DNA from: Okamejei kenojei
Lineage: Eukaryota
Direction: 5' to 3'
Length of the DNA: 64,000 bases
Assembly: GCA_035221665.1 (NCBI GenBank)
Contig: CM069142.1
Coordinates: 7,316,001 to 7,380,000, forward strand
The notes beneath the pieces are model-generated. The model was not told the origin of the DNA. It was given only the letters and a program-made list of their open reading frames with translations, and did no database searches. Each line of letters begins with the position of its first letter. Position 1 is the stretch's first letter. Both the position numbers and the translations under genes were made by a program. Shown piece by piece: positions 39,901 through 51,092 of the stretch.

Positions 39901-42089
39901 ATTTGTAACATTGTTGATATTATACTTTTTAGTTCTTAATTTTACGGATACAGGAAGGGATTAGAGGGATATGGGGCAAAAGTGGGCAAATGGGATGAGC
40001 TTAGATGGGGCATCACGGTCAGCATGGATGAGTTGGGCCGAAGGACCTGCTTCAGTGTTCCATGACTAAATTAGAAATTAATGGTTCACAAAATAAAAAC
40101 AGATGAGGGGATTATATTGATGGGAAAAAAAATTGTTGACAGATGTAGCTCAATTTTTAATTGATACTAGACCAAGTGGGACCCGTTGGTCCCTGTCACA
40201 CGGGAGGCCTGGTCCCCCACAAGCAGAACTCCGATATCAGGAGTTGGATAGCAACAATGCTAAGCAGAGGGAAAAAGCAGTTATTTTTTCCGTTTCAGCA
40301 CATTTGTGAACATTTTCATAAATAACACGGGGAAAAAATGCATCAAATTTTTAGATGAGACGATTTTTGACGTCATGGCATAAATCTCTATTGGAATATG
40401 TAAAAATTTCACTGTTGGCTCATGGAGATGTGAATTGCAGACGAGCATCANNNNNNNNNNNNNNNNNNNNNNNNNNNNNNNNNNNNNNNNNNNNNNNNNN
40501 NNNNNNNNNNNNNNNNNNNNNNNNNNNNNNNNNNNNNNNNNNNNNNNNNNNNNNNNNNNNNNNNNNNNNNNNNNNNNNNNNNNNNNNNNNNNNNNNNNNN
40601 NNNNNNNNNNGAGTTTTATAAGTATAAAGATAAAGATAGATGTGCCCCTAATTGTCTACAAAACAAGCACTGCTCCAGAATACTCAGCTATGTTGACGAC
40701 AGTGAAACTGGGTACAATCTGGGAAGCATAAAAAAATATCCCCTTACTGCTGAACCATTCTGGCTCCTGATCTACTATTGCTCTTAATCCACCATAACTC
40801 CTGATCCATCTCAGCTCCTGATCCACTCCTGGTCCTGACTCACTCCTGGTCCTGATCCACTCTCACTCCTTGTGTAGGAAAGAACCTCTTCTTCTTGCGT
40901 ATGGCGTGCACAGCCTAAAGTTATAGGACAACTTGTTCTTATTTGATTGTGCATGCCGGGTTGAAACAGGGCGGACCATGTGAAGGTTGTAATCTTCCAC
41001 CCCAGGAAAGAACTGCAGATGCTGGTTTAAATCGAAGGTGGACACAAAATGCTGGAGTAACTCAGCAGGACAGGCTGCATCTCTGGAGAGAAGGAATGGG
41101 TGACGTTTCTGAAGTCTGAATTCCTTCTCCAATTCCTTCTCTGCAGACATGCTGCCTGTCCCGCTGAGTTACTCCAGCATTGTGTCCACCCTCTCTCCTG
41201 ATCCATCCCACCTCCTGATCGTTCCTGATTCACCTTTGCTCCTCATCCACTCTGGCTCAACCATATCACCCCCTATCACATCCCACCTCTGCATTTCCCT
41301 TCTAGGAGTGGGATGTGAAGGGTCCAGGTGAGATTCACATTTATTGCTGGTGGCAACCAAACCTGGCTAGACCGGCCCTTTTCAACCACTTCCTTATTCT
41401 CCCACAGATCTCCCGCTGGTTAGTGAAGATTCACTTCAGCAATCTTCAATGCAAAGGTGATCCAGTTTAATTTTCAGTTTAATTATCACTTAATAAAGCT
41501 TTCCTTTATTCCCACTAAGACTAGAGAGTACATTTGGAGACTGTCTTTCAAATGGAGATCCATAAAATCTAACATCAGTTTGCAGCCTTTTTCACTGGGT
41601 GAATGGACGGTATTAAATAAACAAATTATTGTAATTAGTAATGAAAACTCCGTGTTCTTCCATCAGGCGATAATGGCCTTACATTTAATAACGTTCTCAG
41701 CTTATATTTTTGTATTTTAAAACCATTTATTGAGCAACAACTAACCATCCTCTGTGTATTTAAAAATAATAATAATTGAAAAGCTGGAACACAAACTGCC
41801 CAAGTTTTGTTTTGAGGGAACGCTCTGTCATTAAAGTAGTTTTGCTGCATTTATTCTTGAATTTTAGAATTTATACTTGTTAATTTAAATTCTCTACTAT
41901 TTTTGGGTTTTTTTAATGTAAATTCTCTGATCTGTGCTAAGAATTTATTTTGTTCTAATTTCAGACCCGGCATCATTTAAGGAAAGTCCCAACCACAAGC
42001 ATTATGGACTTTTTGCCTTCTTGGCCATGGTGGTGGCTTTGCTGATCATCTGTATTCCAATCTGGTGTTTAAATTCTCAGAGGCATTAG
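27855..42089 (+). CDS. HHLA2: HHLA2 (B7-H7)-like B7-family type I membrane protein; 5 coding exons (leader-IgV-IgC-IgV-TM), about 366 aa
   Basis: Hand-assembled join 27855-27912, 29605-29931, 36433-36717, 39060-39365, 41965-42089 = 1101 nt, open frame, GT-AG phase-1 introns. The V-C-V layout is characteristic of HHLA2 in the B7 family. V1 'LHW...[36 protein letters not shown]' and the C end 'WTASWKM' resemble HHLA2 as I recall it. Orthology not tested by search. Confidence 0.8.
28085..28872 (-). mobile_element. Rex/Babar-like plus CR1 3' fragments (duplicate copy)
   Basis: ORFs 28277-28507 and 28524-28874. Confidence 0.75.
29605..29931 (+). CDS. HHLA2: HHLA2-like first IgV exon (alternative in-frame acceptor gives start 29548)
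   Basis: Acceptor ttgcttgcag|; VVLPC...LHW...GNASLRL...DERLYRC V-set motifs; ends VDLQVA-G|gtcaga. Confidence 0.9.
30367..30398 (-). ncRNA. Minimal type I hammerhead ribozyme-like motif (duplicate)
   Basis: Same sequence as 5453-5486. Confidence 0.5.
30640..30927 (+). mobile_element. CR1 endonuclease N-terminal fragment
   Basis: 'YDIVGITETWL...RKDR...GGGVALLVK'. Confidence 0.85.
31289..31519. other. Assembly gap
   Basis: N run. Confidence 1.
31793..32150. repeat. 48-bp minisatellite, about 7.5 copies
   Basis: Unit catttcaagcagggtgcaaggccaccaaattcaagtgcagtttcatac starting at 31793, 31841, 31889, etc. Confidence 0.95.
32524..33601. repeat. About 40-44-bp minisatellite split by a CR1 insertion
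   Basis: ccaaccatttgcagtgctttcacttcaacccaaaacccc units at 32524-32635 and 33406-33601. Confidence 0.85.
32645..33405 (+). mobile_element. CR1 LINE 3' part with internal deletion
   Basis: 'GVPQGSVLGP', 'FADDTK'; (tttctatg)n tail. Confidence 0.92.
34253..34528 (+). mobile_element. CR1 endonuclease C-terminal fragment
   Basis: 'FLNQYVEEPTRGQAILD', 'SDHNMVEF'. Confidence 0.85.
34817..35722 (+). mobile_element. Penelope-like element 3' fragment (GIY-YIG endonuclease and terminal repeat)
   Basis: About 35115-35220 translates QRFTCTSSNLIYCIRCSRCGLLYIGESKRRL. Confidence 0.85.
36024..36320 (+). mobile_element. HE1/V-SINE
   Basis: tRNA-like head, V-domain, (ctaaa)n tail. Confidence 0.85.
36433..36717 (+). 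CDS. HHLA2: HHLA2-like IgC exon
   Basis: Acceptor ttgcttccttccag|; NISC-GVMGVYPQPLITW...GLHNVESIL...YECTIRN B7-type C domain; donor ATGCAAG|GTAATG; 285 nt. Confidence 0.9.
36882..37733 (+). mobile_element. Penelope-like element 3' fragment
   Basis: 'QRFTCTSSNLIYCIRC...KRRLGDRF'; homologous to 34817-35722. Confidence 0.85.
38155..38590 (-). mobile_element. CR1 3' fragment
   Basis: 'RGNFFTHRRIGMWNELP'. Confidence 0.75.
39060..39365 (+). CDS. HHLA2: HHLA2-like second IgV exon
   Basis: Poly-T acceptor ...ttttaag|; IHC...IKW...STLQL...EDAGEYICEI; donor ATAG|GTAGG; 306 nt. Confidence 0.9.
39470..39743 (+). mobile_element. HE1/V-SINE
   Basis: tggcgcagcggtagag head, V-domain, CR1-like tail. Confidence 0.85.
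40167..40640 (-). mobile_element. Non-autonomous Helitron-like element spanning an N gap
   Basis: A|CTAG at 40166/40167, hairpin gggacc-cgtt-ggtccc at 40178-40193, other end ...ataGA|T at 40640/40641; no TSD. Confidence 0.75.
40451..40610. other. Assembly gap
   Basis: N run. Confidence 1.
41965..42089 (+). CDS. HHLA2: HHLA2-like stalk/transmembrane/short tail exon
   Basis: Acceptor tgttctaatttcag|; DPASFKESPNHKHYGLFAFLAMVVALLIICIPIWCLNSQRH*; too short for the ORF track. Confidence 0.8.
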
Positions 42090-42719
42090 CTCAGACCTTT
42101 TGCAACAGAAGGGTTCACGCAGTTACAATTATAGCATTACCAAACCTGGAACAAATGTGGTGTCTTCCCATTGTGAGAAAAGGGGTTAACAGACATAGTT
42201 GATTTAAACTAGGAATAGAAAAATTTAGCTTAGAAAGAAAGGTGTCAACAGACACCAAGACTGTTAGTAGAATAGAAAGTAACGACATATAGAACAGAGA
42301 GAAATTTGAGATAAAAAGTAACAAACTCACCAGATACTAGCTTTCATTTATATTTGTGCTGGAGTCAAGTACCGTACTCCATTTCCAGCAACACCCAGCA
42401 GAGCGAGATGTCCATCAGGGAATGTTGCCGACACCAGGGGCCTCATGAGTGGCACGGGTGGGGGACAGATTTGTGAAATTTGAGAAAAGTATATAAACTG
42501 CATTGAACAATTTGTACAGCGTCCGAAAATGTCGGATGCATTTTTTGCACAGTTCATGTATTGTATATATTTATCACCAATACAAAGTCTATTTTGAAAT
42601 TTTTTACAAATTCAGGGGACAAGGATTATTTCAACCCGAGTAACTTCCTGATCCATTGGAACAGTGTCATCATGCTAAATGACTATCTATCTGAATCACT
42701 GAGCAGTTCGATCAGTTAA

Positions 42720-43037
42720 AGCCCTGTCCCACGGTACGAGTTTATTCCAAGAGCTCTCCCGAGTTTAAAAAAAAATCAAACACCTGGTAAGGACGGAGAA
42801 TGAACGTAGCGGGTACGTCGGAGCTTGGAGACGTTTCTTAGTGGCTCATAACGCTAACGGGAAGACTTGCTAACGGCAGATAAGCACGGAAAGACTCGTG
42901 AAGATTTTTCAACATGTTGAAAAATGTCCACGAGAGCCCCGAGTACCGACGAGTGGCCATGACCGTAAATCTCAGAGTTCGAATCAAGGCAAACTCGGGA
43001 GAGCTCTTGGAATGAACTCGTACCGTGGGACAGGGGT
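42720..43037. mobile_element. MITE with 46-bp TIRs (PIF/Harbinger-like)
   Basis: 42721-42766 is the near-perfect reverse complement of 42991-43036. Confidence 0.85.
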
Positions 43038-45832
43038 TTGAGGGCGTCAAAGGTGATAGCGAGAAGGCAGGAGAATGGGGTTGAGAGGGGAAGATAGATC
43101 AGGAATGATTGAATAACAGAGCTCTCAATGTGCCGAATGGCCTAATTCTGCCCCACGTCATATGAACTAACTTTTCAATCTGGATTTAAAGCATCCACCA
43201 TATGTTAAATTTCATCAGTCTCTAAATAGTTGAATTGCGAGCACCCTTCCTAGTCAATTACCCCATCTTTAGGCAGCGAGGGCTCTCTGGCCAATGTTTT
43301 AAAAGTCATGCCAATAGGAGAAATGAATATTCCTCGGCTTACATATTGTTGCACTATTTTAAAATATATTCATATTTAAAAGGTTTATTTTGTCAACAGG
43401 ATGAAAGAAAGATGTGCACTGAATGTTTGGATGTGCCTGCTAACTAAAATTGAGTATGAATAAAACGAGCATCCGATTCAATATAGTGTCAAAACTCTTT
43501 ACTATTGTGAAAATGAGTCGAATCAGTGAGAGGTGCACATGGTCATTTTTTACAATGTAATTAGTTGAAGACATTGATTAGCTTAAATTTTAAATCAGTG
43601 GACTGGTTTTTGTTGTACAAGCTGTCAGACATCGTTATAAGAAGTTTGAAAAATAACTTCCTACTAATTTCTTTGCGCACGAGCCGATGAACATCACGAT
43701 TAAGATGAATTTACTCATCTTAAATACTGCAATAAAATCAAATGTAGAATTGATTATAGGATAATTATAACTGGATTTGGATATTAGAATTCAGGGCAGG
43801 ATTTAATGGTCGACCCATATCAAGTATTAATATATCGGTAAAATTCCACTACCCTATCACTAGGTACAGGCTTGTTCAAGTTTGAAAGAACTATTGTCCA
43901 AATCTAAAGGACACCTCCTCGATATATACACACTACTGAAATGTTTGGTTATTCACAATATTTTACTATATCACGAACGAAAATGCGATCAAGCCTAAAT
44001 GTGACTACACCAAATCTACAGCCTGCAAAGCCAGTATTTTTGCACATTATAAGGCCCAGAGCAATGTAATTCAAGCAGCATCAAATACTTGCTTGCAAAG
44101 CCAGCACTTTAAATGCTGCTCATATTTAATGGCTTAAAATTTACTTTAAAATAATTTGTACCTTTAATCCCATAGTATGAACATGTAATCTTCCAGCCAC
44201 AGGGACTTTTATTTATTTATTTTTATTTATTTTTGTTAGAAGTACAGTGGTGTGGTACCTAAGTACCTAATACGTACATACACATTACCATTCTTGTTCA
44301 ACTTCTTATTTTTAATTTAAATAATAAAAGAGAATGAAAAGGATTGGTGAAAGAAAAAGGGAAATAAAGGATTTCAAGATAGATAGACAAGCGAGTAGAA
44401 ACAGATAGCGAGAGAGACAGAGAGCAGAGAAAATAAGCTAAGGAGATTGAAAGAAAATGAGAAAGTAGAAAGAAAAGAAATTAGGAGAGATCTACCTATT
44501 TAGTATCTTTACCCATCCGTCACCCGGTTCTGAACCATTTAATTTCTAAGGTTATGTTATGTTGCACCATATGCTTGTAAGAAGTCGATAAAAGGAGACC
44601 AAACCTTTAAGAATTGGTCTACTTTGCCTAGTAGGAGGAATCGCATTTCTTCAAGATGTAGCATTTCCGACATATTTGAAATCCACATTTTGAACGTTGG
44701 CGTGGTTGCATTTTTCCAGAATTTGAGTATAAGTTTTTTTGCTGTTATTAAACCATACTTAAGAAGAGCTTCTTGGAACATAGTTAATTAACTTCCCTCT
44801 TCCATTGATCCAAAGATAATCAGTTCTGTATTGGGGTTCAATTTTGTGTTAAATAGTTTTGTAAAAGTTCCAAAAATGTCATTCCAAAATTATGCAGTTT
44901 TGTACAAGAGACAAAGGAATGTGCTATAGTGGCATTTTGAGTTAGACATCCCATCACAAATGGGGGAAACTTTGGAAATTATTTTATTCAGTCTAGTTTT
45001 CGAGTATAATAATCTGTGTAAAAATTTTATTTGAATTAGGTTATGTCTTACATTAATCGAACATTTATGTACATATAATAGATTTTTTCGCCATCTGTCG
45101 TTCGGAATTTTTTATCAATAACTCCCAGTCCCTTCTAATTGCCTCTGTCGTTGGTGTTTCTATACTTAAAATTATATTATATAAATATGATATTAAATTG
45201 CTTGATTCTGCCTTTCTATTCATTCCTTCCTCTAATAAAGCTGAGGTTAGAGTTTGATGTATATATTTTTTCAAATAATCTTGAATTTGAAGATATTTAA
45301 AATATTGGTTACTTTTCAAATTATATTTTAGTTGTAATTGTTGGAATGATAAAAGTTTTCCCATTTCATACATGTCTCCAATCCTTTTCATTCCTATTCT
45401 TTCCCAATGGATAAACGTTTTATCAATAATAGATGGTTTGAATGAGGGATTATTAGCTATTGGAGAAAGAAGCAATAAAGATCTTGATTTTAAAGTTCAT
45501 TTTTTTTGTTTCCAAATTCGTATTATACTGCGAATAATTGGATTCTTCTTATATATTATATTGTTCAGTTTCATCAGGGAAAGAAGGATCGCTCCTATAT
45601 TATAAGGGGAACAATCCTCTTTCTCCATTCTTATCCAATCTACCTGTTGGGCAGAACTGTCCAACCAATAGATTATATTTTGAATATTCACTGCCCAATA
45701 GTAATACAATAAATTAGGGAGTGTCGGCCCCCCTGTTTCTTTAGATTTACACAAGTGTTTTCTTTGAATTATGTGTGATTTATAGTCCCATTTGAAGTTT
45801 GTAATATCTTGTTCTAACTGCAATTGTTCAGT

Positions 45833-48800
45833 TTTGGCGGCTCCCAAGGGTCCGGGCCATCCTAACAGTCAAACCCCTCGGCACGGGAATGGTTCAGTCC
45901 AGAGGCGGCCCTTAACCAGAGGGTTTAAAGGCAAGGGTTTTGGGTGCCATCTCTCTCTCAATGGGACTTCTGGCGGACTTGAGAGACCTAAATAAAAAGG
46001 TACTTCCCCTAACCTGGCTTCTCGCCTTGATTTCGGATAGTACCCACATTGGTGACCCGACGTTCCATTGTTGTCATGATGGAGAGCAAAGCTTCCCCCT
46101 CAAATGCCAACCCGGTCCCTGTCTCTGGACGCGGTCTCGGTGAAATTGCCTACCTTTTGGACCACCCGGCCGACACATCTGGTTTCAGCAGACGGAGGTC
46201 CCAATTCAACCTGCGGGGAATAACGGTCGACGACACTCGCTTCTATTATCTGGTGGGGGCCTTGTCCGGGACACGGTTGAAGAGGTCACAGACTTCATCG
46301 CAGACCCTTCCGGCCACCGAGAAATACGCGGCCTTAAGGAGCTCCTGCTTGAGATTTATGGTCTCTGCAGGATGGAGCGCGCTGCCAGGATCCTTCATAT
46401 GGAGGGCCTACGCGACCGACGGCCCATCGAGCCTCCTCAAGGAGATGGTCGCGCTGTTGGATGGGCACAACGCCGTGCCTACTGTTCGAGTATATCTACC
46501 TGCATCTGCTGCCGGCTACATCCGTCTGCAGCTCACGGAACGTCTCCTTCACAGACCCCAGGGCCCTCGGTAGGCGCGCCGACGCGCTGTGGATGGCGCG
46601 CCCAGATAACGTCAACGCGCTGGCCATTGCCAGGCAAGGTGACGCGCTATGGACGGCGCGCTCTGATGACGTCAACGCGCTGGCCATTGCCAGGCACGCT
46701 GACGCGCCGCAGACGGCGCGCTCCGATGACGTCACTCCGGCAGCTCCCGATTTCCTCCGGTGGGGCGTGGGGGGAGCTGTGGAAGGAGTTGCAGGCTGCA
46801 TCCCGGAGGCCGATAAGATCGCCCCCGCGGCCGCATCGGGTACTGCACCTGCAGTCCAGCGCCAGCAAGCTCCAAGCGCTGCCAACAGGAAGCGCTGGTG
46901 CTTATTACCACCAGCGCTGGGGCGCTTGCAGCACGGAGATGCTGTCAACCGTGCACGTTCCGGGAAACGCCTGGGCCGGCTGCCAATAGTCCCCACGGCT
47001 GCCGGCCAGATCCACCGACTCTTCGCCTGGGATCGGCGCTCCGGGACCCGCTTCCTCGTCGATACCGGGGCAGAGCTGAGCGTCCTGCCCCCTTCGCTGG
47101 CCGACATTCGTTCCGGTAAGCGGGGCCCGTCCTCAACCGCAGCGAATGGCAGCCCCATCCGCACGTATGGAATTCGCATGGTCCCGATCGTGTTCGGCTC
47201 CCTGTCCATTTCTCGTGGCAGTTCACCACTTGCGGACGTCTCCCAGCCGTTGCTCGGTGCGATTTCCTCCGGGCGCATTCCCCTCCTTAGTGGACGTCAG
47301 GCGTCAGCGTTTGGTCAACGCCGCCACGATGGGAGCCGATCACGCTGCGATTGGATGAGCCGGTGGGACCCCCCCTGTCGTCAGTGGATTTCCCGCTTCG
47401 CCCGGGTATTAGCCGCGTTCCCGAATTATATACTGACCCACAGTTTCGGTTTTCGAACCCCCAGTCCGGGGTGGTTCATTTCATCCAAACTACTGGCCCA
47501 CCTCTCCCACGCACGAGCACGCCGACTGCCGCCGCATAAACTACTTCTGGCACGGCAGGAATTCCGCACAATGGAGTCCTTGGGGATCGTCCGCCCTTCA
47601 AAGCAGCCCATGGGCATCCCCACTCCACATGGTCCCTAAAGCAAGGGGGGGGGCTGGCGACCCTGCGGGGATTATCGGCTACTGAATGCCGCAAACAAAC
47701 CGCAGATCGATACCCCGTACCCCACATACAGGACTTCACCGCCCATTTGGCTGGGCTACTATATTCTCCAAAGTGGATCTGGTACGGGGTTATAACCAGA
47801 TCCCAGTCCACCCGGAGGATGTACCCAAGACGGCGATCATCACGCCGTTTGGCCTCTATGAATTCCTGCGGATGCCGTTCTTTTATTGGCCCCTCAAAAT
47901 GTGCTGCTCAGGCATTCCAACGCCTGATGGACGGGGTGTGTCGCGGCCTCTCCTTGGACTTTGTTTTTATCTACCTCAACGGGACATTCTGGTGGCCAGC
48001 CGCTCGCAGCAGGAGCACTGCGCCCACCTCCGGCAGCTAGCTTTGTCAGCGGCTCAGCGAGCATGGCTTGGCAGTCAACCTCGCCAAGTGCCGTTTTGGG
48101 GTAACAGAAAATCGACTTCCTCGGCCACCACGTGACTTTCGCAAGGCGTGGTTCCCCTGCCGGACAGGGTCGACGCCATCCGTCGGGTTTCCCCGTCCAT
48201 ACTCAGTGCGAGGCCTGCAGGAGTTTGTCGGAAATGATGGCATTTTATCACCGTTTTGTGCCACCGCAGCCCACATCATGCGGCCACTGTATCAACTTCT
48301 GGGGGGGTGGGCAGCATAAGAACGTCGAGTGGACCAACGCGACGGTGGCAGCATTTGACGGTGCGAAGGAGGCCCTTGCTCGGGCCGTACTGCTGGAGCA
48401 TCCGCGGGAAAATGCCCCGACAGCTCTCACGGTGGACGCTCGGAGTCTACAGTCGGTGCCGCCGTGCTGGAGCAACTGACGGACGGAGGTTGGCCGGCCC
48501 CTCGCCTTCTTCAGCCGTCACCTCAACCGCGCTCAGGCCAAATACAGCGCATTCGATCGCGAGCTCCTGGCTCTGTACCTGGCGGTGCGCCATTTTCCGT
48601 TACTTTCTGGAGGGGCCGCCCGTTCACCGCGTACACGGACCACAAGCCGCTCCACTTTCGCCCTGGCAAAGGTTTTTCCGACCCCTGGTCCGCACGGCAG
48701 CAGCGGCAGTTGGCCTACATTTCAGAATATACAACATCCATTCGCTACGTCGAGGGAAAAGGAGAAAAGAACCCGGTGGTGGCCGACGCATTGACCCCCC

Positions 48801-50456
48801 GGGCCCCGCCATCGACGCGTTTTCGGTGGCACCAGGAATCGACTTTTCTGCCCTGGCGGATGCGCAGCTCACGGACGCTGAGATGCCCGCCTACCGGACT
48901 GCCATCTCCGGCCTTCGCTCGAGGATGTCCCCCTCGGTCCTGGACGGGCGACGATCTTGTGCGATGTGGTCGTCCGGTCAGCCGCGCCCCATCGTCCCTG
49001 CCGCCTGGCGCCGTGTGAGGGTTTTCGACGTGATCCACGGGCTGGCTCACCCATCAATCCGGGCGAACGACGACACTGGTGGCTGCTCGGTTTCATGTGG
49101 CACGGTCTGCGCAAGCACGGTTGGCCACTGGGCTCGAACCTGCATTCCGTGCCAGACGGCAAAGATCCTGCGGCATGTCGCGGCACCCCTCCAGGAGTTC
49201 GGCCTACCTCACGGCGATTCGACCACCTCCAATGTGGACATCGTGGGCCTTCTTCCGCCGTCCCGGGGCATTACCCACCTCCTCACTATGGTGGACCCGC
49301 TTCACTAGGTGGCCGGAGGCCATTCCCTTGGCTGATACTGCAACGGCTACGTGCGCTCGTGCGTTGTCCGCGCACTGGATTGCTCGCTTTGGGGTGCCGT
49401 CGCACATTTCCTCGGACCGGGGGCACAGTTCACCTCCGAGCTGTGGTCGGCCATGGCTCACTTGTTGGGGGTGCGGCTACACCACACCACGGCTTATCAC
49501 CCGCAAGCCAATGGACTGGTGGAAGGGAGAGGTTCCACCGGCAGCTCAAGTCAGCGCTGAAGGCACGACTCTCCGGGCCCGGACTGGATGGATGAGTTGC
49601 CTTGGGTCTTGTTGGGCATCCCGGACTGCCCCCAAAGAGGATTTGGCCTCATCATCGGCGGAGCTCGTTTACGGATCGCCCCTCACGGTGCCCGGGGAGT
49701 TCATGCCGTCGGCACTGGGGCAACAAGGAACTCCCTCATCCACTCTAAAGCGCCTTCGCGAGCGAGTTGGCAGCCCTCGCACCCGTCGATGTCCCGCCAT
49801 GGGACAGTTCGCCCGCATGTGCCATCAGCCCTCCGGGACTGCCCACCCTACGTTTTCCTGCACCGTGATGCCCACCGGAGCCGCTGCAGAGGCCGTACGA
49901 GGGCCAATTCCGAGTGCTTGCAACACGGGCAGACGACCTTTGTGTTTTGGACATGGGGGGCCGCCCGGAGATCGTGTCAATTGACCGGTTGAAGCCGGCA
50001 CATCTGGACATTGACCAGCCAGTGCTGGTTGCCCGACCTCGGCCTCGAGGGCGCCCCTCCTCACGGCTCCCTCCGCCTGTCCTCCCACCGGTCCCTCCAC
50101 CTGGTCCCTCCACCTGTGCTCCCGCACTCCCGCACGCAGTACCGGCCGTGCTGTGCGCCCGCCGGTGCGTTTCGTACCTCAGGTTCTGGGGGGGGGGGGG
50201 GGGGGTCCTGTGGCGGCTCCCAAGGGTCGGGCCATCCTAACAGTCAAACCCCCTCGGCACGGGAATGGTTCAGTCCAGAGGCGGCCCTTAACCAGAGGGT
50301 TTAAAGGCAAGGGTTTTGGGCTTGCCACTTTCTCATGGACTCTTCCCTGAATTCATCTCTCTTGGACTCGACTTGAGAGGATACTAAATAAAAGGTACTT
50401 CCCCTACACCTGCACCTGCTTCTCGCCTTGAATTTAGCGGGATCGTACCCCTCACA
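45833..50456 (+). mobile_element. Ty3/Gypsy LTR retrotransposon, full length, many frameshifts
   Basis: LTRs about 45833-46048 and 50209-50456 (TG...CA); PBS tggtgacccgacg at 46050; G-rich PPT 50188-50205; order protease (FLVDTGAE), RT (FSKVDL...[12 protein letters not shown]), RNase H, integrase (H-GLA-H...C-IP-C). Confidence 0.95.
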
Positions 50457-51092
50457 GTGTTATTCATTTTATTTTGGAAGAAGCTTGATATGAAATTATA
50501 GTTCTTCTAATAAATGCCTTAAAAGTTTCCCATAATAAAGAGGGTGAAATTAAAATATCTGCGAGTATCATTTGTCTCAAAGAAGAATACATCTGCTCTT
50601 TTAAATATGTACAACCTTGTGAGTTGTTTAAGATTTGGGGTTTAAACCTCCAGAACGATTTTTTATCAGACATTCCTTGAAATTCTAAAAAGAAAGTTAA
50701 CGGGGAGTGATCAGAAATAATACTATTATGATATTTAGAGTTATATGTATATGGAATTAATTTTGTGTCCACTAAGAAATAATCAATACGTGAATATGTT
50801 TCATGTACCGTTGAAAAAAATGAATATTCCTTACCTACTAGATTAGCGATTCTCCCGTGACTATGACGTACCTCCCCTCTTTATCTGCTATGATATTCTT
50901 TAATCTGAATGGTATACCTTTACGAATAATAATAGCCATGCCTCTAGATTTAGAAGTAAATGAAGAGTAGTATTTTTGCCCAATCCAATTTGCCTTCAAT
51001 CATATCTGTGTTTGATGTTTCAGATGTGTTTCTTGTAAAAAAAATATGTCACTGTTGAGTGCTTTTAATTGGGCAAAGATCTTACCCCTTTT

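Noticed and set aside
27855-42089. Immunoglobulin/TCR V segments, CD276 or butyrophilin
   Set aside because: No recombination signal seen after the V exons, which end in splice donors; V-C-V order and no B30.2 exon favour HHLA2-like.
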